A stretch of 64,000 bases of DNA from Intoshia linei (taxonomy: Eukaryota; Animalia; Orthonectida), in the NCBI GenBank assembly GCA_001642005.1, contig LWCA01000060.1, positions 1,142-65,141 on the forward strand. The letters are read 5' to 3'. The translations under genes were made by a program, and so were the position numbers. The notes under the pieces are model-generated. The model was not told the DNA's origin. It did no database searches and was given only the letters and a program-made list of their open reading frames with translations. Below, piece after piece: positions 18,563 through 30,711 of this stretch. Each line of letters starts with the position of its first letter. The first letter of the stretch is position 1.

Positions 18563-19130
18563 CAGGCATTTTTAACTTTTTTTAGCTGTGGACCTCTAAA
18601 ATAATATTAATAAAAACCAGTGGAGCCCAAAAATTTTTATAATAATCATAATTTTTAATGAATCATTACATTTGGAGAACGAATTATGGTCAAGACATGG
18701 AGTACTCTATTGTTTCAAGATGATTAACCTTTAACCCGTCAATGTTCCCATAATGGAACATGTTTTTTAGGTATTGTTTACATTATTTTATTAGATGAAT
18801 AAAAAGTCTATTATTTATCATTCCTGTAAAATATTAATTTTTTATCCCTTGGTTGATGTTTCATAGAATATTGACTGATTTTTTGTTTCATTTGAAATTT
18901 AAAGCTTTTTTTATGATTAGAAACTTGGCTTGGGGTCATATATTATAATTAAATAAAATTGATGCTCCTCAAAATAGAACAATGTAGGTTTCCCAATAAG
19001 TTTTTACAAATGTAAGTAATTTAATATCAAAGAATTTACTTTTGTGCGTTTTATATTAGTATTTCTAAGCTTTTTTATAAGTTATGAGATTCGATGTCTA
19101 TTGGTATATTACCATAAAAGTTGGAAACAA
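18563..19130. mobile_element. Inverted, truncated copy of the 7891-8582 hAT MITE, followed by Helitron-like sequence (19141-19670)
   Basis: Extended reverse-complement similarity to ~8020-8582; ACTAG at 19141. Confidence 0.75.
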
Positions 19131-20085
19131 TCTAATGTAGACTAGCTTGCCTATTATTTACTAAAAATTTTAGAAAATGAAAAACAAAAAGAATCAATTT
19201 ATGAGTCTTTCATCCATATATTTATTGGAAATGTGTTCAATGCAAATTTTTTTAGAAATTTTTAAATGGACCTTCAGATTTTTTTGACCGTGAACGTGTG
19301 ACTTTGTTAAATTGAAATATTTTGTGTTTTAACTGCATATAGTTGTATCAACTAATTTTTTTAAAATTCTAGGACTATTTTCATTTTATAAAAAAGGGTA
19401 ATCTGTGGTTTTGAGCATGAGCGTTTATGATAATGTTAATGATTTTTTCAACGCGTTCCAGAATTTATGATTTATAAAAATTTCGGGTTGATTTATTTTT
19501 AAAAAAAAGGGTAAATTGTGGTTTTAACCATTAATGTCTCAAATTTAGAAAATAAAAAATAGTATCAACAATGTTGATTCAACATCCCCAACCAAAAACT
19601 TAATTAGAAAATGGATTAACTAAATTCTACGACTGTCAATTTTTTAATTATATTGTTACATTCTATTTTATACAAGTACAGGATTACGTTATTTTACACC
19701 GAGAATGCAATGATTCGTGAAATTTAAATTATAGATCAAAAACGAACACGCTTTATCAACATAATTTTTTTAAATTTCCTATGTTGGTATGTATAGATTT
19801 TAATAATATTTTCAATTATCTTTCAAAGAATTTTAGTAACTTCAAAAATAAGAAATTGAATATGAAACACAAAAGTCTATCAACAAAACTCGGTTCAGCG
19901 TTACCTCCCTAACATTGTGAAATCGTTTTTTGACTTTTGCCTGCCAATAACGTTTCATATATATTTTTAATATTTTATTTAGTGTAGTTATCAATACTTT
20001 GCAAAATCTTGTAAATGCAACATTAAAGATAAAAAATAGATATAAGTTTATAAAATGTTACATGATTAATTACATACATTTCAAA

Positions 20086-21423
20086 TCATAATTTCATGAC
20101 AAAAATAGTTTCAGACGGATAAAATTCTGCTTCAAATAAAGTTTTATCAAGGATTGTAGTTAAATCACGTTTTGGTAAATTCGCACAAATTGAAAAGTCT
20201 GTAGAATTGTATCCAATTTCATTAAGGTACATAACAATAGCCTAATAAATATAATAAATAACTAAAAAAAATCTCCTTACTTCGATTCTAGAATCTGAAG
20301 GAACATTAAGTATTTCAGTTTTTCTATTGGGAAAACGGATAGATATTTTTGATTGTTCTAATTGAATAATAAATCCAATTAAAATTAAAATACCTTTATT
20401 AACCCCAAGTAAATTACGCCAAGATTGTACAACAGGTTTAGAATCACCGGAACAAGCACTCATAGAACTTTCAGCAATACTGGATGAATCACACGCATCA
20501 ACATCATCATTTTTTTGAGATTTTAAGGATTCCTCAATAGCCATTCTTAATTGATCTGCTTCAGACAATTCACTTACGTCCCTCTGAAACCAAAATATAA
20601 AAATTAATAAAAAATAACCAATGATCCCAAAACATCAATATTACTGCTTCCATATTCTTTGCAATTGTACATGAACGAAATGCATTCATTGATAAACGAT
20701 GCCTCAGATATATTTTCAAATTTATGAATTTGTTGGCCTGAAATAAATTATAAACGCCACAAAACTAAACCTGTTCGCGGATCTATAAAAACAACAAATG
20801 GGTATTTATCTACACGGTATAGTCTAACAAATGCGGATGCTATATTACTGCCATATACCACCTGCAAAGTAATGAAAAAATGAAATTTATACATACCTGC
20901 CAAAAAATGAAATTTTTTTTGACGAAATCATGAATAGCCCTATTTTTCCAGATATCTCTATTTATTGTTTGGCAAACGAATTCGGCTGAATTGTAGATAC
21001 TCACAAGTAACCATTTATTGGCTTTGAGAGCCAATTTTTTAGCCTAATATATATAAAATATTAAACCATTAAATTTATACTGATTCAAAGCTTCCTTGAT
21101 ATATAATATCTTTTGGAGGCTCAAACAATTTGCTAAAAACATCCGATTGACTGCTTTGGTTCCGATCTTGCGAAAAGTTTGAAGAAAGTTGGTTATTTAA
21201 AAATCTATCTGAATTTTGAAATGGTTCGTTTATTGGACCCTCGGTCATATCTCTGACATGATCTATTCATGTTGTAAAATAAAAAATGGCTTACGATAAA
21301 ATTCATCCGGATTAATCATTTTATCAGTAATGTGAGGTATGGGGCGTCGAATTTTATCCTCTTTATCATCGTCTCTTGACCTAAAAAGTTATACATTTCA
21401 AAAGAAAGCGCAACATTTTACAT
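20086..21423 (-). CDS. UBXN7: UBX domain protein 7-like p97 cofactor (UAS-UIM-UBX, no evident N-terminal UBA)
   Basis: KIRRPIP, LFEPPK, NKWLLVSI..FVCQTINRDIW, IDPRTGQ, UIM SEADQLRMAIEESLK, ISIRFPN, PSETIFV. Confidence 0.88.
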
Positions 21424-21503
21424 TTTTTTCAATTTTACGATACAAACAAGTAACTTTATTTACAACTATGGATATTTTTACATTTAATGCAATACATGTA
21501 CTA

Positions 21504-24500
21504 CTAACGTCTATTTATCATATTGTGTATTAACTTTTTTTTGTGACGATAACGCTTGAATGCTAAATCCGCATTTTTATCAATTTGATTTAATGGTGGA
21601 CAGTTTCTAAAAATGTTTGATCTTTTTCTTTTTAAAATAAGTTCAGAATCAGAGGGAACAGGGTCAAATTCAACCTCAATATTGAAACAATCTTTTTTCC
21701 TATTATACAATTCTAAGCATTGACGTTTGATTCGAACGGGTGTATTTTTGTTTGATAATGTGGTTTGGAGGGTTTCAGTTATTTCTATTTTTGTATACAC
21801 AATTTCCGCATGAGTTTGTGCAATAGCAGTGCACAATTTTTCTCTTTTTTTCATCATATAACACAAATTTCGTGCCTAAATCTTTATTATTTTGTTAAAT
21901 TTAAATTACCTTTTCCAAATCACGTCGAAATGAAAATACTCTTTTTAATTGCTCCAAAAGAGATTTTTCTTCCATTTTTTTAACCTCGCTTTCATTCATT
22001 TGGGGAGCAATTAGTGGATTGCAATTTAACTAAATTGATCATAAATATTTTTAAAACTTAAATAATTATAGCCCATTCTCGAAGACTAAGGTCACCAACT
22101 TGGGATAGTGAATTGTATGATACAACCCTCAATGATTATCATTTTCTGGTTGTGCCGTTCCAAGGATCTAGATTCTAAGACAAGGGTGCACAACCTTTCC
22201 ATCAATTTGCCGCACTAAGTTTAAATCAAATCAAATTTTGAATTTGAGGGCCGCATGCGGCCCGCGAGCCCCACCACTGATCTAGATATCCACATAGTGT
22301 TAAGATTTACATTTATATAACTACTTTTACCTGGTCAATAATATTAAACAACATACTAATCAAAGTTAAAATTTTAAATAAACCGTTCGCTTTAATTTCC
22401 AATAACTAAATAATGGTTCAGAAATATCGTTGGCTACTTTAAACTGTTTCGATAAAACATTTTCGTTCATATCCAAATAAAATTTGTTGTAAATTTTAAA
22501 TTTTCTAAATAGTTTAATAAAATAAAAAAAATTTCAAGATACATAAATAAGCAGAAAAATTGAATAAATAAAAAAATAATTTTGTATCAACAAAATAATA
22601 TGGACAAGTTTCATTACGTGTAACCACTTTTATTTTATTTTGTCGGCGAAATAAGTAATGTTAACAAGGAAATATTAATGTAATCATCAAACCACGATCA
22701 CCAACCATTCAAATTGGATATTCGTGAAATTATCAAAGAAACATACACATTCACTAATCACTAATTGATAATTACAATTTCAATATTTCGTAAAATGTAA
22801 AATAAATACAAAAGCAGATGTTTAAAATTTAAACATCAAGCTGAGTAGTGTGGAAGTAAAATTTTTTACTTTAATATAATTTCTGATACAACAATAAAGT
22901 AGTCCATAATTATAATCAAGGCTGCTAGTTTTTCTGGTACCAGAAATATATTTATCTTATTGATAATTTTGATATGAAATATAAATAACATTTTTCCAGG
23001 GTCTGAAACAACACATTTCCCTCTTTTAATAAATATGGATCCAAGTAAACTATATTATAGTTCAAATCAGAAACTCCTATTCGAAAATGTTAAAATTGAA
23101 AATAACTTCTCTAAATTTGAACCTAATGGTTCAAAATTTAAAGCATCTTCTGCCTTGCGAATGATCAAACTGTTAACTTCTCTAATATATACAATAATTT
23201 AGAGAACCCACTCAATTAACCTAATATACATTCAGAGTGCAGTTAACTTCCAGATAATATCGGTGAAGAATGAAAGATATACAAAGCTAAATAAAAGACT
23301 TGACTAGAAAAGATGGAGAAAATGAATGGTATGATGTTAAAGAACGTCAAAAAGATTTTCCTTTCATAAAGGATACAAAAATTATTTTTAATCGATCCAA
23401 TATTACTATAGAATAATCGTTTAGACTTCTTTATACAAATGTTATTGCTGATATTATTGTGAACTCAAACATAAAAATTGAAGCGATTTCTAAAAATTTT
23501 AGCAAAAAAAGAGATGCAAAACCCACCAATAAAGTAGACATTGATGCTTTTATAGGTATTCTCTTTATTGACAGAAGTTTAAGAGGATCACGAACAAATT
23601 TTAAAGATATTTTGTCAAATGATAGCTGCGGTATAGAAATTTTTAAAAATTAGAAATGTTCTGCATACACAAGATTCTTGTTCCTATCAAGATGTATTAG
23701 ATTTGATAATATACACACTAGAGAAAAACGTAGAAAGTTTGATAAACTTGCTGCAATAAGAAAAGATTTTAAATATTTTGTTGAAAATTTCAGAAATGAA
23801 ACCTGGAAAGAATGTCACCTTCAATGAAACAATGATAGCTTTCGGAAGCAGGTGTAACTTTAAAATGTACTTAGTAAAATTTACAATTTATTTAATGAAC
23901 CCATAACTCATATATTCTTTACAAATTCACCAAAATTTCAAAGACAATTACAGTATAAAATGCATTTGCTACAATATCTTACAAGTAACAAAAATAACAA
24001 ACTTTTAATAAAAATCATATTTTTTAGGTTCAAAAAATAATCTAAATACTTTAATTCAATCATCTCCTATAATTCAAAACGATATACTACATTGTATCAG
24101 AAAAATACCCAAAAAAAAGGAATTGTGCCCTTCGCATGACCAAAAATATCCGCAAGAATACATATTAACATTAACATAATTATAGGATCAAAAAACATGA
24201 AACAACATGTAATAGACATAGAATCCGCCCTATCTCGTATAAAAAAATCCGGACTCACAATTAACCCTGAAAAATGCCATATTGGAGTAAAATCCATAAA
24301 GCTACTTGGAAAATCATATCAAGAGATGGTATAAAACAAGACCCATCTAAAATCACCACAATAACTCAAATGCCACCTCCAAATAACAGAAAAGTCGTAC
24401 AACGATTTTTAGGAGTCATGAACTATCACAGAGACTGCATAAAAAACTTCTCCAAAATTACAACTCCTATCACAACACTATTAAAAAAACGAACACCTTT

Positions 24501-27500
24501 TCATTGGAGTCAGGAATGCCAACAATCGTACGTCGTCACAGTACAGCAATAACCTGGGCATCACAACACTTCAAACGCTATCTACTTGGTAAACATTACC
24601 CAGTGTACACGGATCATAAACCCCTTATCTATATAATGAATTCAAAAAATCTCACAAAGAGACATTTCAAATATACTCAAATCCTCCAAGACTATGATAT
24701 CACAACTAAATATAACCGCCGACATGTTGTCTAGGATTCCTCAAATGAACCATATCTACTCATCTAATGATATATTTAATCTTAAACAAGCACAAAACGA
24801 CGACAAAGACTGCAAAAAAATTTATAAAAAAATAAATAAACCAGATACAATCACTCCAGTCAACACATTATTGCCATACATCAAACAATTAATAATTAAA
24901 GATGACAGAATATATTATAAACAACCTAATACATTACGAACCATAGTATCCCAAAGCAAAACTACAGAAATAATAAAATTCTTCCACAATGAGAAAATTT
25001 ACAACCACCCAGGTATATACAAAACTCTAGAAAATATTAAAAATATTATTTTTAGACAAAAATGTCAAATCAGTACTGGTGCAGTAGAAAGACTCAATAG
25101 AACTCTGAGAGACAAAATCAGAACTAACTGCAATGAAGACAACGATAATTGGGACGAATTTTTACCCCTATTTTTATTATCAATCCGAAATTCTATTTCT
25201 CATAAAACAGGATATAGTCCATCTCAAATATTATACAATAAATCACTAACCATGCCTATCCACAATGTACAAAACAAACAAAAAATATTAATATACAACA
25301 TAACAAAAACAAATATGAAAAAAAATTATGATCACCTTGCCCTTAAAAAACAAAATGATCATGCTGCACAATTTACACCAAATTTCCCACGCCTAACAAA
25401 AAATTAAACTACCTATAAACGTAAATAAAGCAAACAAATTAACAAACCCTCACATTTTCATCAGTATAATTTGTCTTAGGTGGGGTCCAGTAATGATTAA
25501 ATCATCACAATAAACTTACTACAACATATAATAACCTTATTAACGAATCAAGACAATATCAATTTAATTGTAACCCGTAATTAATATTAAACTTTAAACA
25601 AAGACCTTGGTCTACGACATCACTACAAAAACTGTTTCCAATTGTTTTATAAAAACAAAACTATTCTTAAATTACACTACAAATTCTAGCGATGATTTAT
25701 ATGAAAATACTATACCTGAAGAAGAAATAATTTTAGCTCAATATTTAGATGAACTAAGCTCGTACAATTACGACGTTATTGATATATCTGGTTTAAAAGA
25801 ATTTGAAAAAATCAATGATACTAACTTGAAAGATGAAATGAAAGAATTTTTAATAGAAAACAGTAACGAAGAGTAAAATATAGATAATACCGAATTTTCA
25901 GAAGAAATAACTTATTCACAATATTCAAAGTATTTAATTTTACTTGAAGAAATTAAAATTTGTCCTAATGCTGTAAATGATATTTATTCTATTGAAACAA
26001 AGATTCACATTCAAATCGCTAATAAAAAAAAACAAACTAAAATATGGGAATATTTTAGCAAGATAGAAAAATAATATAAATTAATTAGATATTGTAATAT
26101 AATAAAGATTTAAACAGTTCATTAATTTCGATTAAACTTTAATATTTTATTTAATATCATATAAGGCTTTTTTTTACAAATTAAAATTAAATGAATTTTT
26201 CAAATTTGACATTGTATCCCATATATACAACTTTATAGTCTTTCATTCAACCAATAATAACAAAAAAATTAATTCCGTTAAGTAAAGTGTTAATATAGAA
26301 AAAATTCCACTATAACAGAATTGATCAATTTTGAAAAATCAAAAATTCCGTTAGTATAGACTTAGACTGTATATACAAGTGCATTGTTTTTATCATTAGA
26401 GTGATCAATGCTAAGTTCAAAAGGGTCAACTATTTAGCCAATTAAATATACAATTTAGTATTAATTTAAATTTAGCCTCATGTACAATAGAAGCAATGAC
26501 CACCGAGAAGAGGTGTTCTGATTGTGTCCCAATTCTTAAAGACCGTTATTCACAACTCCCAGTTGTGGAAGCTTTTATTATGTTGATTATACAACGTCAA
26601 GTCTATTAAAACTTATGATCTTTGACACGATAGGTTGATAATATTTATGTATTTCTATATTTTGTATATTTAGATTTTTGATGTATTTAACCAAGTTTTA
26701 AATGAAAGAAAACTTTGAAAATATTTCACAACTCTCCATGACACTTATGCCGTGTCCACAATGTAGCAGTTTTCTTAATAAATTCTACTCGACGTTCAAA
26801 GGCTGACCTTTATTTAACACACTACCTGTATTAGAAAACTTCATTAAATCTTTGGAAAAAGAAAGAGTGCCAAAAAAAATCATGTACATTAAGTAATATC
26901 GAAACAAATTCATTGCAACACTTCTAAATATTAATAATCCATCCAAATACACGGGCATTGCTTTCGACGGTATTATACTATTATATATCTATATCGGCGG
27001 ATAATACTAAGGCAAAATTTGGTGGAAAAACCAAGCTGAAGATAACAATGTCTTATATAGACTAAACAATTTCGTTGGTTTCAATATAATCGCCACCGGA
27101 TGCAATGCACATATTTTAAATAATGCTATAAAGAATGCTCTGAAATGATACCTGTCGACTTAAAAACAATTATTATAAAAATTTATTTTTATTTTCATGG
27201 CTACACCTCCAAAACCACCACATTAAAAAAGATATGCACTAACATTGGAATAGAATACAAAACGTTATTAGGATATAGTTCAACTAGATGGATAGAGCTA
27301 GTTCCTTATATTGATCGTATATTATACATGTCCAAACCATTAAAAAAATATTTTGATGTAAATAATACTTCCACAAAACTAAAAAATTTTTTAACAATAA
27401 ATATTCATTGTTTTGGATAATATTTTTAAACAACACGGCAGATATAATACAGAAATCACGTATGAAAGTTGAGGGAGATGAGGTTTTTTATTTATTATTT

Positions 27501-30500
27501 TTATATTAGCAAAGCAAGCACAACTAACGAAAAAATCTCAAATACTAACAAAGAATGAAATATTTCAGTTCATAGACGAAGCCCTTCCGATCCAGCTACT
27601 TTCGTTAGAAAATCTATAACTATTATTGGGAAATATTGTTATTCCAAATTTTTTACTATTATTAATTTAGGCATTACAGTGCATTACAATGTGCTGAGCT
27701 AGTTAGTTTAGCTGCAAGTGACGTCGTTATTCATAATGATGAGATAGAACATCAATCCTTTTTATATTACAATCCTTTGCAATAATGGTAAAATTCGACT
27801 AAACTATTTATAAAGTGAAGATCCAATTAATTATTGATACACAATTGGTATTTTTAAGTATTTATTAATTTGTACTGAATATATGTCATCACTAGACCCA
27901 TTCATAGAGCATAATGACTAGGTTACGCAAGATTTTGATTATGCTCTTAAAGAAGTTTGCATCATTGTTCCCAGTAACCCTGGGGTTCCGTGAAATATAA
28001 ATGGTATATTTTTGAAATTTATTTATTTTGAAAAACTTTAAATTGAAAAGTTTCTAAATTAATACAACCAAAAATCATATTTTGATATGCTTTTTTAATT
28101 AAGATAAATACGATCGGTCAACTTAATTAAAATACTTTTTGTGTTTATTTTAAATTATCTTTTTTAAAATTTAAAAATATTTATTCTATTCCAGTTTGTC
28201 TGATTTCCTATAATTTAATTCTGCATTTTAATATATTCAGTACTTATTTTGATCAAAACAAGTCATAAAATGGATTAATGTTATATTAGTGGTTGTTATC
28301 GTTAGGTATTATAGGAAAGATCCAAATTATAATCTTACTTGCATTAACAGCAATTAAGTATAAGAAACGGGCAAAGCTGCTGTCGGCAGAAGAACTTCGT
28401 GTATGTCTCTCAAAAACACATCCAAGAATTAAAAACCTCGGTAAAAAATATCAGGTCCAAATTTCTCATTGAGAAGAAAAAATAAATTTCTTTATTAAAA
28501 AATTTATGTTTTCAATATTAGACTCGTAATTTTTTAATTAAAAATTGAATTGCTTTATATATGCGACATGCAAAAAACATTTTTTGATCATGCTTTTAGG
28601 TGCCGCGATTTTTTGAAATTTCATAAGGGTTCCGCGGAATAAAAAAAGTTGAGAAACACTGTATATGAGAAACATATGAAGGAAATTATTTTTTAGAAAT
28701 AAATTGATATGTTGTCTATTTTTTGTTTAAAGTTCTTTCTTTCGGATACAAGCAGAAACTGCTTATATTCAAATTTTATTTAGTTAAAAATTTCACTAAA
28801 AATTTGTATTTCAGGGGTCTGCTAATAATCGATAAAAGACAGTAGTCATAAATAGTTTCTTATTTGAAAAGAGAAGAATTTAATTTATCGACTAAAATGT
28901 AATTCTTAAATAAAAAAGTGACATTTCATCAATGAATGAAAAATATCACCCCTCACAAAGAAGTTGGGTTATTGAAACAAAATTATAATTGCATAATTAC
29001 ACAATGTTCCCAGTTATTGCGTAAAATGTTTTATTTATACATTGAATCATCGATTTGTCTATAAAAAATACAATTTTGAATTCTCTTGAACTAATTGAAC
29101 CAAAAAAATTTCAGTGGTTTCATTTATATCAACCATCTGGGCAACAAAATTTTAAAAATCAAAGTTGGAGCGTCTTTTGTACCAAAATAAAATTGAAATA
29201 ATTTGTAAATAATAAAAAAATTACTTTTGTTCTTGAATGAGTTTCATTTCAGAAAATGAAAACTTTTCATTGGCATTTTGATTTTTTTTCCGATAAATGA
29301 TGGAGTGTTTAACACAAAAAATCTCAAGAGATGTTGTTTCGTGAATGTTAGACATGTAACAATTACATGAAACGGCACATGGTATGTGAAATTTAGTACG
29401 ACAGTGAGAATGAGAACAGGTTACGCATTCACCTTTTTTTGAACCACAAATCACACATGGGATAGTAGCAACTTTATTACAAATTGATTTTAAATTTAAA
29501 AGAGATTCAACTCGTTCAGTGTTTCCTATACCGATATCGGGTGTCCATAATGCGCATATTACATGCGCCCATATGTTTGATTTACGATTAGATTTAAAGG
29601 CGTATTTAAATTTTAACTGTTCATTAGTGTGATTGCAAATTACGCATGTAGGTTTGAGTCCATAAGTACATGGTTTACAGAGCCAATTTCCTTTAGGTAT
29701 TTGAGATATTCCATAACAATATTGATGAACACACATGTCGCATAGGTCACAGAAAACAATTTCATTGACATCATTTGAATATGGAGAAAGACACACTGAA
29801 CAAACTACATCAATATCATATTCAATTCCAAGTTCTTTGATATTTTTGATACGTTCTGTAATTTTTGAGTGACATTCGTCTTCCAATTTTTCCATCATTT
29901 TTTCAAAAAAATCTATGGATATTTTTTTAGGTAAATGCAAATTAAATTCCTTTAACCAGACATTATCGTGTTCATCGCAATTGTATCGACTGGATTTTGA
30001 TTTTGGTATTTTTACTAATGTGTATTTGTTTTGTTCGGATAAAAGATTTTCATTGGTAGTTATGTAGTGTTTAGGTAAAGATAGTCGTCTTTTAGATGAC
30101 ATTTCGTTTTTATTTCTATAATAACAATTAAAATTTATTATTGATATGAATATAAATATTACAAATATCAATGAAACTAGGTTCCAGGTTAAGTAAAAAA
30201 TAAAATATACCCAATTTTGACATCAGGATGCTTACAATACCCAGTTGGTACTTGGACACCTTTAATTTGCCATTCCACCTTCCATACGTCTCCAATTGCG
30301 AAATATTCTTCTTCGTTCAAGTTGACTCGGTCCGGTAGTGTCATTTGTGAAATGTAAGATTTCTCATACAACTCGGCTGTTTTTCTCATAACACTGGGAG
30401 GACAATCATTGCGTTTCTTTTTTTCAGGTACTTTTTCCTCAAAATTTGTGATTTTCACCGCAGAAGACCCGATAGAACCGTTCATGGATCCATTAGATCG

Positions 30501-30506
30501 TTTCAT
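21504..30506 (-). CDS. JADE/rhinoceros-family PZP chromatin factor; exons ~30506-30211, 30117-29225, 22504-22385, 22029-21910, 21875-21504
   Basis: WKVEWQIKGVQVP, GIEYDIDVVCSVC (PHD1), WAHVICALWTP, PHD2; after a 6.7-kb intron, in frame: YWKLKR, FRRDLEK|ARNLCYMMKKREKL. Confidence 0.9.
23300..23870 (+). pseudogene. piggyBac transposase remnant
   Basis: IDAFIGIL, RFLFLSRCIRFDNIHTREKRRKFDKLAAIR, PGKNVTFNETMIAF..RCNFKMYL. Confidence 0.85.
24090..25410 (+). pseudogene. Gypsy LTR-retrotransposon pol remnant (RT, RNase H, integrase)
   Basis: GLTINPEKC, VQRFLGVMNYHR, HFKRYLLGKHYPVYTDHKPL, GAVERLNRTL, TGYSPSQIL; internally deleted, no LTR seen. Confidence 0.9.
25590..26369 (+). mobile_element. 3' part of a pogo-type element related to the 263-714 MITE
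   Basis: ITTKTVSNCFIKT, KKQTKIWEYF C-terminus, terminal AATTCCGTTAGTATAGACTTAGACTG|TA. Confidence 0.75.
26990..27480 (+). pseudogene. hAT transposase remnant
   Basis: ADNT..FGG, GCNAHILNN (CxxH), IIIKIYFYF, GYSSTRW. Confidence 0.85.
27510..27770 (+). pseudogene. Probable Crypton tyrosine-recombinase remnant with a short intron
   Basis: KKSQILTKNEIFQFIDEA/(frameshift)PSDPATFVRKSITIIG|HYSALQCAELVSLAASDV resembles the YR box-I region. Confidence 0.6.
27963..28661 (+). mobile_element. Charlie/Buster-type hAT deletion derivative
   Basis: LTAIKYKKRAKL..ELRVCLSKTHPRIKNL..QVQISH*; terminal GGGTTCCGCGG..GTTGAGAAACACTG. Confidence 0.8.
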
Positions 30507-30711
30507 TTGAACAATATTTCAGAATGTAAAATTGTCAATTTATATATTTTTAAAATAAAAATAAATGCGCAATAAATGATTATTTTCATCTTACTTTATT
30601 TCATTTATAAAAATTATTACTATGCACACTGTTAACTGGTTACAATTTTATTGTAATTTTAATTTAACGTTTATATTAAAGTTTAAATTTTTAAAAACTT
30701 ATTTTAAATTG
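30507..30711. promoter_or_regulatory. Putative bidirectional promoter, JADE / ANKRD11-12
   Basis: Divergent ATGs 205 nt apart. Confidence 0.55.

Noticed and set aside
21504-22470. Separate orphan gene (ORF 21504-21866)
   Set aside because: It is the conserved JADE C-terminus and splices in frame to exon 2
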